Shown: one piece after another, positions 28,989-39,351 of the stretch
Layout of the letters: each line of letters starts with the position of its first letter
How positions within the stretch are numbered: position 1 is the first letter of the stretch
DNA from: Candidatus Marinacidobacterales bacterium
GTDB lineage: Bacteria > Acidobacteriota > Vicinamibacteria > Marinacidobacterales > DATDRI01
Length of the DNA: 64,000 bases
Assembly: GCA_965226495.1 (NCBI GenBank)
Contig: OZ245365.1
Location: 3,616,001 to 3,680,000, forward strand
Reading direction: 5' to 3'
Made by a program: the position numbers and the translations under genes
The notes under the pieces: generated by a model
Told to the model about the DNA's origin: nothing
Seen by the model: only the letters and a program-made list of their open reading frames with translations
Databases searched by the model: none

Positions 28989-29041
28989 TTTTCGTCCACC
29001 CTCTCGTACCCTAGACTAGGCTCGCTGGGACCGGGCCGCAA

Positions 29042-30895
29042 CTAGTCGGGTTTTTCATTTTCACCGGCTTCGGCCTCTGGTAGCTCCGGCCGTACACGAA
29101 TGGTTTGGTATTGACTAATGCGAACCGTTCCAGGGGGGGCGGCTGGTATCTTCCGTACGTTCTTCCGGGGACAGTAGTGAACTTCCACTGCAGTGGAACC
29201 CCGGGCTTTGCTCAGATACGCAGCAACCGCCGCCGCTTGCTCTATCTCTTCGCTCTCGCCGATGCCACTCGTCGTCCCGCTTGTCGGCCGGCGCAACACG
29301 ACGTGTGCCCCCGCCATCCCCGCGGCGTGAAACCAAAGTTCGTCCGGACGAGCGATCCCAAACGTCAGGTCTTCATTCGAACGTGCCGAGCGTCCGGCCA
29401 AGACCGTCGCCCCCCCCGGCAGTCGAAAGCGTCGCGGCCCAAGCCTCCGTTCGGTGCGTGTCGGCGCCCCTTTGCCTTTGGCGCCCGCCTTCGCACCGGA
29501 CATACTTTTTGGGCTTCGCGGACCTTTTCGGCTCTGGCTCTGCCGGCCCCGCGAGCTCGACAGGCCCGCCCGGCCCGCCCGGCTCGTCGGGCCCAAGAGG
29601 CCCGCCTCACGCATCTCCTGAACCAGAGGCGCAAGGGTGTCACCCCCTACCGCATCTCGGAGGCCTAGCTCGAGTGTCTCCAGGTAGTCGACCTCCCTCG
29701 TCGTCTTTCCTATGCGCTCGTCTAGCGACGCTCGACTCCGATCCGTTTTACGAGCACGGCCGAAGTAGCGGCGAGCGTTCCGCGTCAAATCGAGACGGGG
29801 ATCAACGGGCACTCGCACCATCGGTGAGTCCGCGTGATAAGGGTCGGGAACCATAACTTCTCCGCCCGTCCGCTTTGCCTGGTGGAGACCGGCGAGCAGC
29901 AGCTCACCCCAACGCCTGAGCTGACTTGGATCCTGAAGGCCGTCTCGTTCCCCTTCCAAACGATCTTTCAGTTTCACAACCTTCTTCAACCGGCGCCGGA
30001 GAGCACCCATGCCCTCGAGGTAGAGGCTGCGCGAGGTACCGAGTTGAAAAGATTGCATGACGAAAGCCGCCGCCGTTTCGTTACATTCGGAGAATCGGCT
30101 CGCCGACCACCCGGTTGGAGGCGACAGGGCAATCGGAGATGCCATTGGCAAAGGGGCCTTTCCTTCGAAATCATCAGACGAAGGGGAAAGAAGCATAGGG
30201 CGCGGAGCTTCAACTAGTTTCTTAGCGATCTCGGCGAATGCCGTATCGAGATGGACTCCATCGGCAACTAGGGCATTCATTTCCCTGACCAGCAACGGAC
30301 TAAGCCCGCTCGCGGAGCTAATCGCGCGGGATTCTTTGAGGCCTTGCCGCAGTGCCTCCGCCAATCGCTCGGCGAACTCTTCGGCGCTCGTCGCGAGGGG
30401 TTGCGATCCCGGGGGTGGCTCGAGACCCTCGAAGACATCGCCCGGGACCAGGCGCGGTGTGCCAGGGCTGACGACATCCAGTACCTCGCGACTTTCGGAA
30501 TCCACGAGAAACGCAGCCGTTCTGGTCCCCGGCCACTCAAGGATCAACGTGAGAGCCCGTTTGGCTCCACTCGCTTTCGTATACTGCCAATCGAGCGTCA
30601 CCACCTTGTCCAGAGATGCGGCTTCGATGTTTGCGACGGAAGCTCCGGCGAGCAGTTTCTTGAAGCGAGCCTGCCCAATTTGCCCGGGAGTCCCATCCGG
30701 GCGCATCGGCGGCCGTCCCATGTAGAAGCCAGGCGCTTGGGGTGAGAGGCTCACGACGAGATCGCGACCGCGCTTCGTCCCAAGGAGGATCGTGAAGCCC
30801 AAGCCAGCGTTCCAGGGGCTGTGACCTCGCGCGCGACGCCCAATCAGTTGGGGCGCCACCTCGCGCACCAACGCGCTCAGGAAGAAACGGTCCAT
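29042..30895 (-). CDS. rqcH: NFACT family ribosome quality-control protein (RqcH/Rqc2/FbpA-like)
   Basis: NFACT-N start MD.FFL, coiled coil with NARRYF..ARK, NFACT-R motifs GRSA..N..LT and WFHA....GAHVV. Confidence 0.85.
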   Translation of the reverse strand: MDRFFLSALVREVAPQLIGRRARGHSPWNAGLGFTILLGTKRGRDLVVSLSPQAPGFYMGRPPMRPDGTPGQIGQARFKKLLAGASVANIEAASLDKVVTLDWQYTKASGAKRALTLILEWPGTRTAAFLVDSESREVLDVVSPGTPRLVPGDVFEGLEPPPGSQPLATSAEEFAERLAEALRQGLKESRAISSASGLSPLLVREMNALVADGVHLDTAFAEIAKKLVEAPRPMLLSPSSDDFEGKAPLPMASPIALSPPTGWSASRFSECNETAAAFVMQSFQLGTSRSLYLEGMGALRRRLKKVVKLKDRLEGERDGLQDPSQLRRWGELLLAGLHQAKRTGGEVMVPDPYHADSPMVRVPVDPRLDLTRNARRYFGRARKTDRSRASLDERIGKTTREVDYLETLELGLRDAVGGDTLAPLVQEMREAGLLGPTSRAGRAGLSSSRGRQSQSRKGPRSPKSMSGAKAGAKGKGAPTRTERRLGPRRFRLPGGATVLAGRSARSNEDLTFGIARPDELWFHAAGMAGAHVVLRRPTSGTTSGIGESEEIEQAAAVAAYLSKARGSTAVEVHYCPRKNVRKIPAAPPGTVRISQYQTIRVRPELPEAEAGENEKPD

Positions 30896-30937
30896 AGCTC
30901 GTGGGGAAAGTGGTGAAGAACCGGAGCGTGGAGCCCG

Positions 30938-32137
30938 TCAGATGCGAACGACCTTGGTGGAAGCGAGCCGATCGTGCCAAGCACGTCTTCCGATATCGCT
31001 CCACAACCCAACGAACCCAGCGCCGAGCGGAAGGGTCGAGAGGACCAATCCCAGAGTTCTAACAAAGGCCCGCCCGAAACCGAGAGGCTGGCCGAGCGGA
31101 TCCACCACCCGAGAGTTGGTCAGCAACTTGCCCAACGTTTGCCCGGATAGGCTCCAAAAAAACAAGAAGTATCCCGCCGCCAGAAGAAATCCAACGCAGC
31201 CCAAGGCGGCGACAGCCGGGCCAGGCAGCGCTCGGAGAGGCTGACCGAGGAGATTCGTCGTTAGGTAGGCCAACCCCAGTAGGAGCAGCGCGAGGAAACT
31301 CAAATCGATGAAGCCGCCCAGGAGCCTTTCGGCGGGTGAAGCAAGCTCAAAATGCTCAATGGTGTCGCTGCCGATACGGGGCCGGCGCGACGGTTTGATC
31401 TCGTCCGGGGCTTCCGGCGCCATCGGACCCTCGGGCAGATCCACTTCCAACGTTGCTGCCGCGGCGGCAGCGCCCGAGGTGGATCGCCCTGTCTGATAGG
31501 CCTCTTGAACTGTTCCAAGCTGAGGGGCGTGCCGGGTTTGGCCGGCCTCCCCGGCGTGGATCGCTACCTCACCCGCGTCGACCATGGCCCGAACTCGGTT
31601 TCTAGGCTGCGAAAGCTTGTGCTCGACCCGGGCACGAATCTCCGCCCTTCGTTGACGAATGAGGTCCTTCTCTTTATCGATCTCACTCACCGACCCGCCC
31701 CGACCCGCATCACCAAGCTCGCCGAAGATGGTGAGCTGTCGCGCGACCTGCTCCTGCTGAACCTGCTGCTGCTTTCGAAGTTCCTTCCGCCGTTGGACGG
31801 TCTCTCTGATTTGCTGGCGCCAATCAGATTCACCGGGCTTACCGGGCGCTGCCCGCTCAACAGCCTCAGCAGGCTCAGCAGGCTCAGCAGGCTCAGCAGG
31901 CCTGCCAAATTGTCTCGTCGTTGTCGCGTATGCGGGCCGCATCGGCTGCTTGGGACGTCTGGAGGGTCCGGGTTCCCTTTCGGATCCTGTCATCGCCACA
32001 TGGCCCGCCTGGCCTAACTGACCCACGTGGCCCAGCCGGCTCGGCGATCCGCACTGAGGGCACACACCCATCGCGGGGTCGATCTCGGATTGACATCTCG
32101 GACAGGTCAAATCACTCTCCTTTTGGGCTTCGGACAA
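30938..32137 (-). CDS. RDD-family membrane protein with N-terminal zinc ribbon
   Basis: CPRC...CPQCG; RLLGGFID, GQTLGK, RRAWHDRLASTKVV. Confidence 0.85.
   Translation of the reverse strand: MSEAQKESDLTCPRCQSEIDPAMGVCPQCGSPSRLGHVGQLGQAGHVAMTGSEREPGPSRRPKQPMRPAYATTTRQFGRPAEPAEPAEPAEAVERAAPGKPGESDWRQQIRETVQRRKELRKQQQVQQEQVARQLTIFGELGDAGRGGSVSEIDKEKDLIRQRRAEIRARVEHKLSQPRNRVRAMVDAGEVAIHAGEAGQTRHAPQLGTVQEAYQTGRSTSGAAAAAATLEVDLPEGPMAPEAPDEIKPSRRPRIGSDTIEHFELASPAERLLGGFIDLSFLALLLLGLAYLTTNLLGQPLRALPGPAVAALGCVGFLLAAGYFLFFWSLSGQTLGKLLTNSRVVDPLGQPLGFGRAFVRTLGLVLSTLPLGAGFVGLWSDIGRRAWHDRLASTKVVRI
31865..31900. repeat. 9-bp tandem repeat (CTCAGCAGG)x4 encoding PAE repeats
   Basis: Four exact copies plus one degenerate copy at 31856-31864. 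Confidence 0.9.
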
Positions 32138-33119
32138 TCTGAGTCAGGGGTTCCGCCGAAACTCCAGCCGTGACAGAGCCTCGCAACAACCGTTCTTCAA
32201 TCCTGAGGATGAGACTTCGCGCTTCTTCAAAGTTCGGGCTCGCGCGCTCCACCCGGGTAAGCTCGGTAAGAGCTTCCCGGTACGACCCTTTGCTATGAAG
32301 CCGAGCTCCGTTGAAGTAGTGAAGCTCCGACGGCGGGGGCAGACTCGGCATGGCTCGGCGACCGACGGGTCCGGAGCCCGACGCCGCGTTTGACCCCGAG
32401 CCGAGCGAGGTCGAGCCTAGGCCATCGTTCACCAGGAATTCCCAATTTAGATGCAGATAGAGTGCCCCCGCGGCGAACAGACAAAGTGCACTGAAAAGGA
32501 ATGCCGCCATTTTGAGAGGCGATGCGGGCTTGGCCTCGGGGGAGGGTTTGACCACCACCCGTCGACGCTGCCTCTTCGAGATTTCGTCGTCTTCGTGGGG
32601 CTTGCCGGCGACTGTCCCGCCGCGCGCCTCGCCACGTCGCTCTTGCTCTTCGATCTTCTCTAAGAGACTACGCCCTTCGGCGTGGCGGGGGTCGAGGGAC
32701 AATACCTTGCCGAGTCGCTGCTGTGCGCCGCGCCGATCCCCCGACGCTTCGCACCGAGCCGCTTCCAGGACTATGGCATCCAGCTCTCGCTGGCGTTCTG
32801 CGATGCCCCGCTTGGCTCGCCCGATCTCGTCACGAGCGGCCCGGTTGTTCCGATCTAAGAAGAGTATGCGAGTCCATACGTGAATGGCTTGGTGGAGGCG
32901 CCCATGGCGAAAGAGGCCCCGGCCCTGCTGAAGGAGTCGGACTATCTTGTGCTGGGTCTCGTGACGGTCTGCCGCGGCTTCCTCGTTTGGCTCGTCTGGT
33001 ACGCTCAGAACAATATCGTCTCCGTCGATAGGGTCACCCTTGGCGATGCTGTCACTCTCGGCTCGCTCGCTCGGTGCGGAGCTACCGTCGAGACGGGCAC
33101 CACCATCGTTATTTTTCAT
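32112..33119 (-). CDS. Bitopic membrane protein with TPR-like helices
   Basis: AIHVWTRILFLD..N..A TPR-like motif; one TM (MAAFLFSALCLFAAGALYL); overlaps the RDD gene. Confidence 0.7.
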   Translation of the reverse strand: MKNNDGGARLDGSSAPSERAESDSIAKGDPIDGDDIVLSVPDEPNEEAAADRHETQHKIVRLLQQGRGLFRHGRLHQAIHVWTRILFLDRNNRAARDEIGRAKRGIAERQRELDAIVLEAARCEASGDRRGAQQRLGKVLSLDPRHAEGRSLLEKIEEQERRGEARGGTVAGKPHEDDEISKRQRRRVVVKPSPEAKPASPLKMAAFLFSALCLFAAGALYLHLNWEFLVNDGLGSTSLGSGSNAASGSGPVGRRAMPSLPPPSELHYFNGARLHSKGSYREALTELTRVERASPNFEEARSLILRIEERLLRGSVTAGVSAEPLTQIVRSPKGE

Positions 33120-33408
33120 CGACTCCGATCTAGTTGCCGTTGCCCCTCGTCATTTCGTCATTTTGATTGTCCGGGGTCATTCCTGGCATTTCGGGCCATT
33201 TCGAGACATCGGGCGGGGTGAAATTTACAGGGAATCCCCGGGCATTCTGCCCCAACGGCACCAAGTCTATGCCCGTCATGATACACTTACCCCATTTTGA
33301 TAATGATACATACACCAGTAAGTGCATCTAGGTCAAGAACTTTCGCGGCCCGGTCCGACCAGAGTGCCGACTGCAACTTCCTTACCGCAGACACCGTCCA
33401 CCCTCGCT

Positions 33409-33487
33409 TCCTCACCCGGCGCCTGAACACATTGATACCGGCACGACGTTGCTTGACGCCCGCAGTCTCTCTGAGGGAGAGGGCAAG
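33409..33487 (-). repeat. Modular repeat family 1, copy B (backbone plus one inner unit)
   Basis: Reverse complement reads CCCTCTCCCTCAGAGAGACTGCGGGCGTCAAGCAACGTCGTGCCGGTATCAATGTGTTCAGGCGCCGGGTGAGG, colinear with copy A. Confidence 0.85.
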
Positions 33488-33553
33488 AAGGCCTGGCGGG
33501 ACGCGTGAGCCGTTGCCGCCAGTCCATCATGAGTGGCGCCGCTTGGGGTTGTC

Positions 33554-34474
33554 ATGGCCGGACTGATTGAAGCGGTACCCAACGTCAGCGAGGGCCGCCG
33601 CCAGGAAGTCATCGACGCGTTTCGAAACGCCTTCGCGTCACCTCCCGACGTCGAGTTGCTGGACGTGTCGTCCGACCCCTCTCACAACCGCACGGTCTTG
33701 ACCGCGTTCGGACAGCCCGGCGCTCTCGAAGAATCAGCCTTGCGCTTGTTCGAAACTTCCTTGAAACACATCGATCTACGACGGCACCACGGTCAACACC
33801 CACGCATCGGTGCGGTGGACGTGTTCCCGTTCGTACCTCTCGAAGGCGCCACGATGGAGCAGTGTGCCGCGCTTGCCCGACGTGTGGCGGAGAAGGTAGC
33901 CGACCGCTTCGGAGTTCCGGTATTTCTTTACGAACGAGCGGCTTCCCGAGCAGACCGCTCGGATCTAGCGCTTATTCGAAAGGGTCAGTTCGAAGGTTTG
34001 GCAGAAAAGATGAAAGCCTCTTTTTGGAAACCTGATTTCGGCCCCCGCACACCGCATCCGACGGCGGGTGCCTCCGCGATCGGGGCACGATCACTTCTCA
34101 TCGCTTTCAATATCAACCTCGGCACGGATCGACTGGACATAGCGAAGACCATTGCGAAGAAGATCCGCGAGTCGAACGGGGGGCTTCCGTACGTCAAAGC
34201 GTTGGGGCTCTACCTCGAGGAGCGCCGGCAAACACAGGTTTCGATGAACCTGACCGACTACAGGAGAACCCCAATATCGGTTGCCTTCGAAGCAGTTCGC
34301 GAACAAGCGAAGCAGCACGGAACCAGGATCACGGGTTCCGAGATCGTGGGATTGGTTCCGGAGGACGCGCTACCGCCGGAAGCGGAGCGGTCATTGCAGC
34401 TGATCGACTTCGGGGAACACAAAGTTCTCGAGAGTCAAACTCGCAAAGACACTGGCAAGAAAAAAAATCTCTGA
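33554..34474 (+). CDS. ftcD: Glutamate formiminotransferase
   Basis: VPNVSEGR, D..HNRTV, H.GQHPRIGAVDV.PF, R..LIAFN, QVSMNL, SEIVGLVP. Confidence 0.93.
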   Translation: MAGLIEAVPNVSEGRRQEVIDAFRNAFASPPDVELLDVSSDPSHNRTVLTAFGQPGALEESALRLFETSLKHIDLRRHHGQHPRIGAVDVFPFVPLEGATMEQCAALARRVAEKVADRFGVPVFLYERAASRADRSDLALIRKGQFEGLAEKMKASFWKPDFGPRTPHPTAGASAIGARSLLIAFNINLGTDRLDIAKTIAKKIRESNGGLPYVKALGLYLEERRQTQVSMNLTDYRRTPISVAFEAVREQAKQHGTRITGSEIVGLVPEDALPPEAERSLQLIDFGEHKVLESQTRKDTGKKKNL

Positions 34475-34477
34475 ACT

Positions 34478-35854
34478 CTAACCGCCATCCTCGGTCTTGT
34501 ACGGGGCGATCCCATACGACTTCATCTTTCGATACAGATGGGAACGTTCGAGCCTGAGGGCATCCGCGGTCTTCGAGACATTACCGGCGTTCTCGCGTAG
34601 CTTTCGTTGAATGTATTGGCTTTCATACGCTTCTCGTGCGGCGGCCAACGAAGGGAAGTCCCCGAGCAAATCGAAATGCGACGCACCATCCTGCCGTAAA
34701 GGTGGAGCGAGATCCTTCGCCTCAACGCGTTCCGAAGGGACCATGATAACCAACCGCTCGATGACGTTCTTCAGCTCTCGCACGTTACCGGGCCAATGGT
34801 AGGCCACCAGGCGTTCCAGGGCGGCCGGTGCGAGCTCCTTCGGCCTCTTGCCGTTCTCGTCGGAGAACTCGGCAACGAAGTGACGGGCAAGGGCGGGAAT
34901 GTCTTCACGTCGCTCCCGGAGCGGCGCCATCTGGAACGGGAGCACGTTCAGTCGAAAGAACAAGTCTTCGCGGAAACGACCCGCCTTGATTTCCTCTTCC
35001 AGTTTCTTGTTGGTGGCGGCAACCACACGGCAATCGACCTCCACTGAATGAGTGCTTCCGACCGGTTCGAACTTTTGCTCCTGCAACACGCGAAGCACTT
35101 TGGCCTGCGTTTTCAAACTCATATCGCCGACTTCGTCTAGGAACAGGGTCCCTCCATCGGCTACTTCGAACTTGCCGTTTTTGTCGGTTACCGCGCCGGT
35201 GAAAGCACCTTTTACGTGTCCGAAAAGCTCACTTTCGATGAGCTCTTCCGGAATAGCAGCGCAGTTGACCTCCACGAATTTTTGAGAGCGGCGCAACGAT
35301 TGAGTGTGAATAGATCGCGCAACCAACTCCTTCCCGGTTCCGTTCTCGCCGAAGATCAGTACACGGCCGTTGGTGGGTGCAGCGAGCGCAATTTCCTGCC
35401 TAAGCTCACGCATGGGAGGGCTCTCACCGATGAGAACGTGCTTGCTTTCGAATCGCTCTCGCAAGTAGCGGTTTTCTTGTTCCAAACTACGATGCTTGAG
35501 CGCGTTCTTGATAACGATGACCGTCTTCTCCAATGACAGAGGTTTCTCCACGAAATCGTAGGCTCCCAGCTTGATAGCCTTCACCGCAGTCTCGATGGTT
35601 CCGTGACCGGAGATCATGACCGTCGCGACGTCGTGTCTCTTTTGACGAATCTTCTCGAGTGCCTCCACGCCATCCATCCGGGGAAGCCAAACATCCAGAA
35701 TGACCAGATCAAAAGAGTCTTTTTCCAGATGGGCTAGTCCTTCCTCGGCACTGGAGACTGTAGCCACGCTATAGCCTTCGTCCTCCAAGACGCCTTTCAA
35801 GGAGCTGCGGACGCCGGCCTCGTCGTCCACGACCAAGATGCGTTCCTTCGACAT
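34478..35854 (-). CDS. ntrX: NtrX-like sigma54-interacting response regulator
   Basis: REC domain, [33 protein letters not shown]. Confidence 0.88.
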   Translation of the reverse strand: MSKERILVVDDEAGVRSSLKGVLEDEGYSVATVSSAEEGLAHLEKDSFDLVILDVWLPRMDGVEALEKIRQKRHDVATVMISGHGTIETAVKAIKLGAYDFVEKPLSLEKTVIVIKNALKHRSLEQENRYLRERFESKHVLIGESPPMRELRQEIALAAPTNGRVLIFGENGTGKELVARSIHTQSLRRSQKFVEVNCAAIPEELIESELFGHVKGAFTGAVTDKNGKFEVADGGTLFLDEVGDMSLKTQAKVLRVLQEQKFEPVGSTHSVEVDCRVVAATNKKLEEEIKAGRFREDLFFRLNVLPFQMAPLRERREDIPALARHFVAEFSDENGKRPKELAPAALERLVAYHWPGNVRELKNVIERLVIMVPSERVEAKDLAPPLRQDGASHFDLLGDFPSLAAAREAYESQYIQRKLRENAGNVSKTADALRLERSHLYRKMKSYGIAPYKTEDGG

Positions 35855-35857
35855 TGA

Positions 35858-38098
35858 TCAGTTGATGGCGCCGACCGGGCGCTCGGCGATGGGAAACTCG
35901 AGAATGAAACGGGAGCCAGTGGGCTGGTTGTTCTCCACGCGGATCCGTCCACGGTGCTCCGCCACGATGCGGCTCACGATCGCCAAGCCCAGACCGCTTC
36001 CGCGACGCTTGGTCGAGTAGTAAGGGACGAACAACTTGTCGCGATCCTCGGGAGGAATACCCGGGCCATCGTCTGCGATCTCGACGAGGACGACATGGGC
36101 CTCTGGGTCGTAGGAGGTAGCGACCAACACGCGGCCTTTGCCGGAGGTGGCCTCGATGGCGTTGTCGATGATGTTGATGAACACGCGACGAATAAGGTCG
36201 GGGTCCAAGCTCACCTCGGGCAAGTCGGACGCGAAACGCCTCTCGATGCTAAGCTCTTTGAACAAGCCGTCGTACAACTCGAGCGTCGCCTGCAATAGTG
36301 GCTGAACCGCTTGGCGTCGCGTCGAGACCGTCGGCATTCGCGCGAACTGCGAGAACTCGTCGACCAAGCTCTTGAGGGAGTCGACTTCCTCGATGATCGT
36401 CCCCGTGCACTCCTCGACGATTCGAGGAAGCTCGGCAGTCTTGGAGCGAACGTGCTTGCGGATTCTTTGTGCGGAGAGCTGAATCGGTGTGAGCGGGTTC
36501 TTGATCTCATGAGCCAACCGACGCGCCACCTCTCGCCAGGCTGCGACTTTCTGCGCGCGTAGGAGCTGCGTCAAGTCATCCAGCACCATGAGGAGGCCGG
36601 TCGACTCGCCGGAAGCCCCGGTGAGCGTCGTCAGATAGACGGCGAGATGAAGCTCTCGCCCAGCCACGACGACATTCACTTCCTCTTCCCGGGCACGGTG
36701 GCCGTCACCTTCCATTCCGTCCATCAAGGGTTGAAGCTCGGTCAGCCCCTCCCCACCAAACACATCCCGGTAGTGTCGGCCCACGACGTGTTCATCGAGC
36801 TCCAGCATTCGGAGCGCCGCTGGATTGACGGTAGTCAAGATGCCGTCTCGATTCATCGAGACGATCCCGGTGGTGATGTTCTCCAGCACGGTTTCGATGT
36901 AGCGCCGGCGCCGTTCGGCTTCGGAATTTTTGACCTGGAGATCGTGGCCGGACTTTTCCAATCGTTCCTGACTGACCTTGAGCTGCGCGGTCATCTTATT
37001 GAATGACTCCATGAGCATCCCCAGCTCGTCCACCGCGGGTCCGGATACCGAATGGTCCAAGTCTCCGGCCATGATACGCTCGGTCGCTTCGGCCAGCTCA
37101 CGAACCGGCACCGTAATGCGCTTGGCCAAGTAGAGGCCGATCCAGGTCGATGAAAAGAGGATCAGTAGCGAGACCATGACAAAAAAGGACAGGAACAAAT
37201 CTTGGATTGGTTCTTTTTGCGCTTCCGCTTGACGGTAATCGTTGGCCCGATCGTTGACCAAGTTCAAAGTGGTTGCCAGCGACTTTGGAATGAAGTGAGA
37301 GACTACCACCGCGCCGACCACGTCCTCGGTCCCGGCCCCGTAAATCGGAGAGACGTACCGCACGAGCGCCCCGCCCCCGATCGCGTCCTGATGCAATCTC
37401 TCTTCTCCGCGTAGTCCGATCTCTGCCAACCGAATCGAGGAGTCAGGAATGTAATCGCTCAGGGGGAGTCCAGGGTGCATCAGAGTGGCGAGCTCGCCTT
37501 CCAATGAGAAGACGTTGATCATATCCAAGCGGTATTGAGTTAGCCGACTCTCCATCGTTTGAAAGAGCTGACGCACCCGGTTGGGTGAAAGCAGGCCCCT
37601 CCGTGAAGTCTCGTTGGAGAGTCTTCGCGCATAGAACGTAGCGCTTTCCTGCTTCTCGCGGTAATAGCTTTCCACCACCTCCTGAGAACCCAACAAGACA
37701 GTTTCCACGGGTTGATTGAACCAAAGTTCTACGCTGGTGGAAATGAGTCGACTCCCGACCAGAATGATCAGGGCGGACGGAAAGAGCGCAAATCCGACGA
37801 AGAGCATTACCAGCTTGGTCTTGAATTTTGCTCCCAGTACTGCACGGCGCCTCTCGATGAAAAGCTTGATGAGATTTCTGGCCAAAACGAAAACCAGAAC
37901 CAACAACATGGTCAGGTTCACCACCGTAAAACCGTACAGAAACACCCGCGCCAGGAACCCAGGTGAGAAGGCCTGTGATTTTCCGATCAGGTAGGTGCTA
38001 ACGATGGGTATGGCGGCCAGCAAAGCCACCGCAGCCGTGAGTAGGCGCGGGTTGTCCTTGAACTCCTTCTTGGTGTTGGGTGGGGCAGGGCTCGCCAT
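35858..38098 (-). CDS. ntrY: NtrY-like membrane sensor histidine kinase (HAMP-PAS-HK)
   Basis: AWREVARRLAHEIKNPLTPIQLSA, DDGPG, GSGLGL. Confidence 0.88.
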   Translation of the reverse strand: MASPAPPNTKKEFKDNPRLLTAAVALLAAIPIVSTYLIGKSQAFSPGFLARVFLYGFTVVNLTMLLVLVFVLARNLIKLFIERRRAVLGAKFKTKLVMLFVGFALFPSALIILVGSRLISTSVELWFNQPVETVLLGSQEVVESYYREKQESATFYARRLSNETSRRGLLSPNRVRQLFQTMESRLTQYRLDMINVFSLEGELATLMHPGLPLSDYIPDSSIRLAEIGLRGEERLHQDAIGGGALVRYVSPIYGAGTEDVVGAVVVSHFIPKSLATTLNLVNDRANDYRQAEAQKEPIQDLFLSFFVMVSLLILFSSTWIGLYLAKRITVPVRELAEATERIMAGDLDHSVSGPAVDELGMLMESFNKMTAQLKVSQERLEKSGHDLQVKNSEAERRRRYIETVLENITTGIVSMNRDGILTTVNPAALRMLELDEHVVGRHYRDVFGGEGLTELQPLMDGMEGDGHRAREEEVNVVVAGRELHLAVYLTTLTGASGESTGLLMVLDDLTQLLRAQKVAAWREVARRLAHEIKNPLTPIQLSAQRIRKHVRSKTAELPRIVEECTGTIIEEVDSLKSLVDEFSQFARMPTVSTRRQAVQPLLQATLELYDGLFKELSIERRFASDLPEVSLDPDLIRRVFINIIDNAIEATSGKGRVLVATSYDPEAHVVLVEIADDGPGIPPEDRDKLFVPYYSTKRRGSGLGLAIVSRIVAEHRGRIRVENNQPTGSRFILEFPIAERPVGAIN

Positions 38099-38111
38099 GG
38101 TGCAGGGTCGA

Positions 38112-38753
38112 CTACGGCAAGTAGGTGAAGTAGGTTTTCACCCAGCCCGAATCCTGATCCCAGGGAACGACCAGGAAAAGATTGCGTTCCTTCACTAGGC
38201 CCTTTGCACGCAGATAGTAGTCGCTATTTGGTTCCAAGAGCGAAACGTCGAAGAGATCGAGGCCGTCCACGACCGTCATGAAACGCATCATCTCACTCGT
38301 GTCGGCGACGACCGCAGTTGCGACGATCTCACCGTCGATGTCCCGCGAGAGGGTGTAACGTTCAGTAAGGTTGTCGTATGTAACCGTGTTGGTGATCCTT
38401 CTGGTATGAACTTTCTGGTTGAACCAGATGGTTCGGACTTTTTTGAGCTGTACCTCGTAGCGAAAGCTGACCGGCAATCCACTCTCGATCGACCGTCCGA
38501 TGTCTTCATTGAACGCATCGGCCATACGAAACGTAACGGAAATCTGGTCGTTCTTGATCAGCAGGCTCAGATTCGTGAGCTCGGCCGCCGCAGCGGGTTC
38601 TTGACCCGCCACGAGAATCACCAACGCGAGAAGCGCACGGCGCACTCCCGCCTTCGCCAAGGCTCCGGCGAGGCCTCGCCGAAGCCGTAGAGTCATGGAA
38701 GCGATCGGCGTAGGCGGGCGGAAGCCCATAACCTGTGATCGTACAGTAGTCAT
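38112..38753 (-). CDS. DUF4390-like exported protein (start uncertain)
   Basis: IESGLPVSFRYEV...YDNLTERY; typical position upstream of ntrY. Confidence 0.72.
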   Translation of the reverse strand: MTTVRSQVMGFRPPTPIASMTLRLRRGLAGALAKAGVRRALLALVILVAGQEPAAAAELTNLSLLIKNDQISVTFRMADAFNEDIGRSIESGLPVSFRYEVQLKKVRTIWFNQKVHTRRITNTVTYDNLTERYTLSRDIDGEIVATAVVADTSEMMRFMTVVDGLDLFDVSLLEPNSDYYLRAKGLVKERNLFLVVPWDQDSGWVKTYFTYLP

Positions 38754-38780
38754 AATGTGAGCACAACTTCATTCGATCGC

Positions 38781-39248
38781 TTACCCCTCTTTTTCGGTGG
38801 TGTCCAAGAGTCCTCGAATGGTCTCCACGAACTCGTGGGCATCTTTGAAATGCCGATATACCGAGGCGAAACGAACATAGGCCACCTGGTCCAACCCTTG
38901 TAGCTCCGTCATGACGAACTCACCGATGTCCGTCGCCGAGACTTCCTTGTCTGGACTCTCCTGCAAATTCTGCTCCACGCGTTCTACGATGCTCTCCAAC
39001 TTGGTCACCGAGACCGGACGCTTTTCGCAGGCTTTGAGAAGCCCATTCAGGATCTTCTCCCGATCGAATCGCTCCCTCCGTCCGTCCTTTTTCACCACCA
39101 TATACGGGATCTGATCGATCCGTTCATAGCTGGTAAAGCGCCGCTTACAACCGAGGCACTGGCGACGGCGACGGATCGCCTCCCCCTCCTTGCTCTCCCT
39201 CGAGTCGACGACTTTGTCTCCTAGGTAGCCGCAGTAAGGACACTTCAC
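38781..39248 (-). CDS. nrdR: Transcriptional repressor NrdR
   Basis: GTG start after AGGAGG; CPYC, VVDSR, RRRRQC..C, ATP cone, AYVRFASVY. Confidence 0.96.
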   Translation of the reverse strand: MKCPYCGYLGDKVVDSRESKEGEAIRRRRQCLGCKRRFTSYERIDQIPYMVVKKDGRRERFDREKILNGLLKACEKRPVSVTKLESIVERVEQNLQESPDKEVSATDIGEFVMTELQGLDQVAYVRFASVYRHFKDAHEFVETIRGLLDTTEKEG

Positions 39249-39351
39249 AGCCCCAACCTCCTGTCTCGGCACTCGCCCGGGCGCCGCCCGCTTAACAAGA
39301 GTCCGTTGAGCTTTTTTGGCAATATCAGAAAGCTCCACCGGCTCAAATTCT

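Noticed and set aside
33130-33327. 65-aa minus-strand ORF in the divergent intergenic region
   Set aside because: No clear RBS or domain; it overlaps AT-rich promoter-like DNA and the predicted RNA structure. A small peptide is not fully excluded.
34430-34474. Possible frameshift near the A8 run at the ftcD 3' end
   Set aside because: The protein is already full length, so there is no evidence of truncation.
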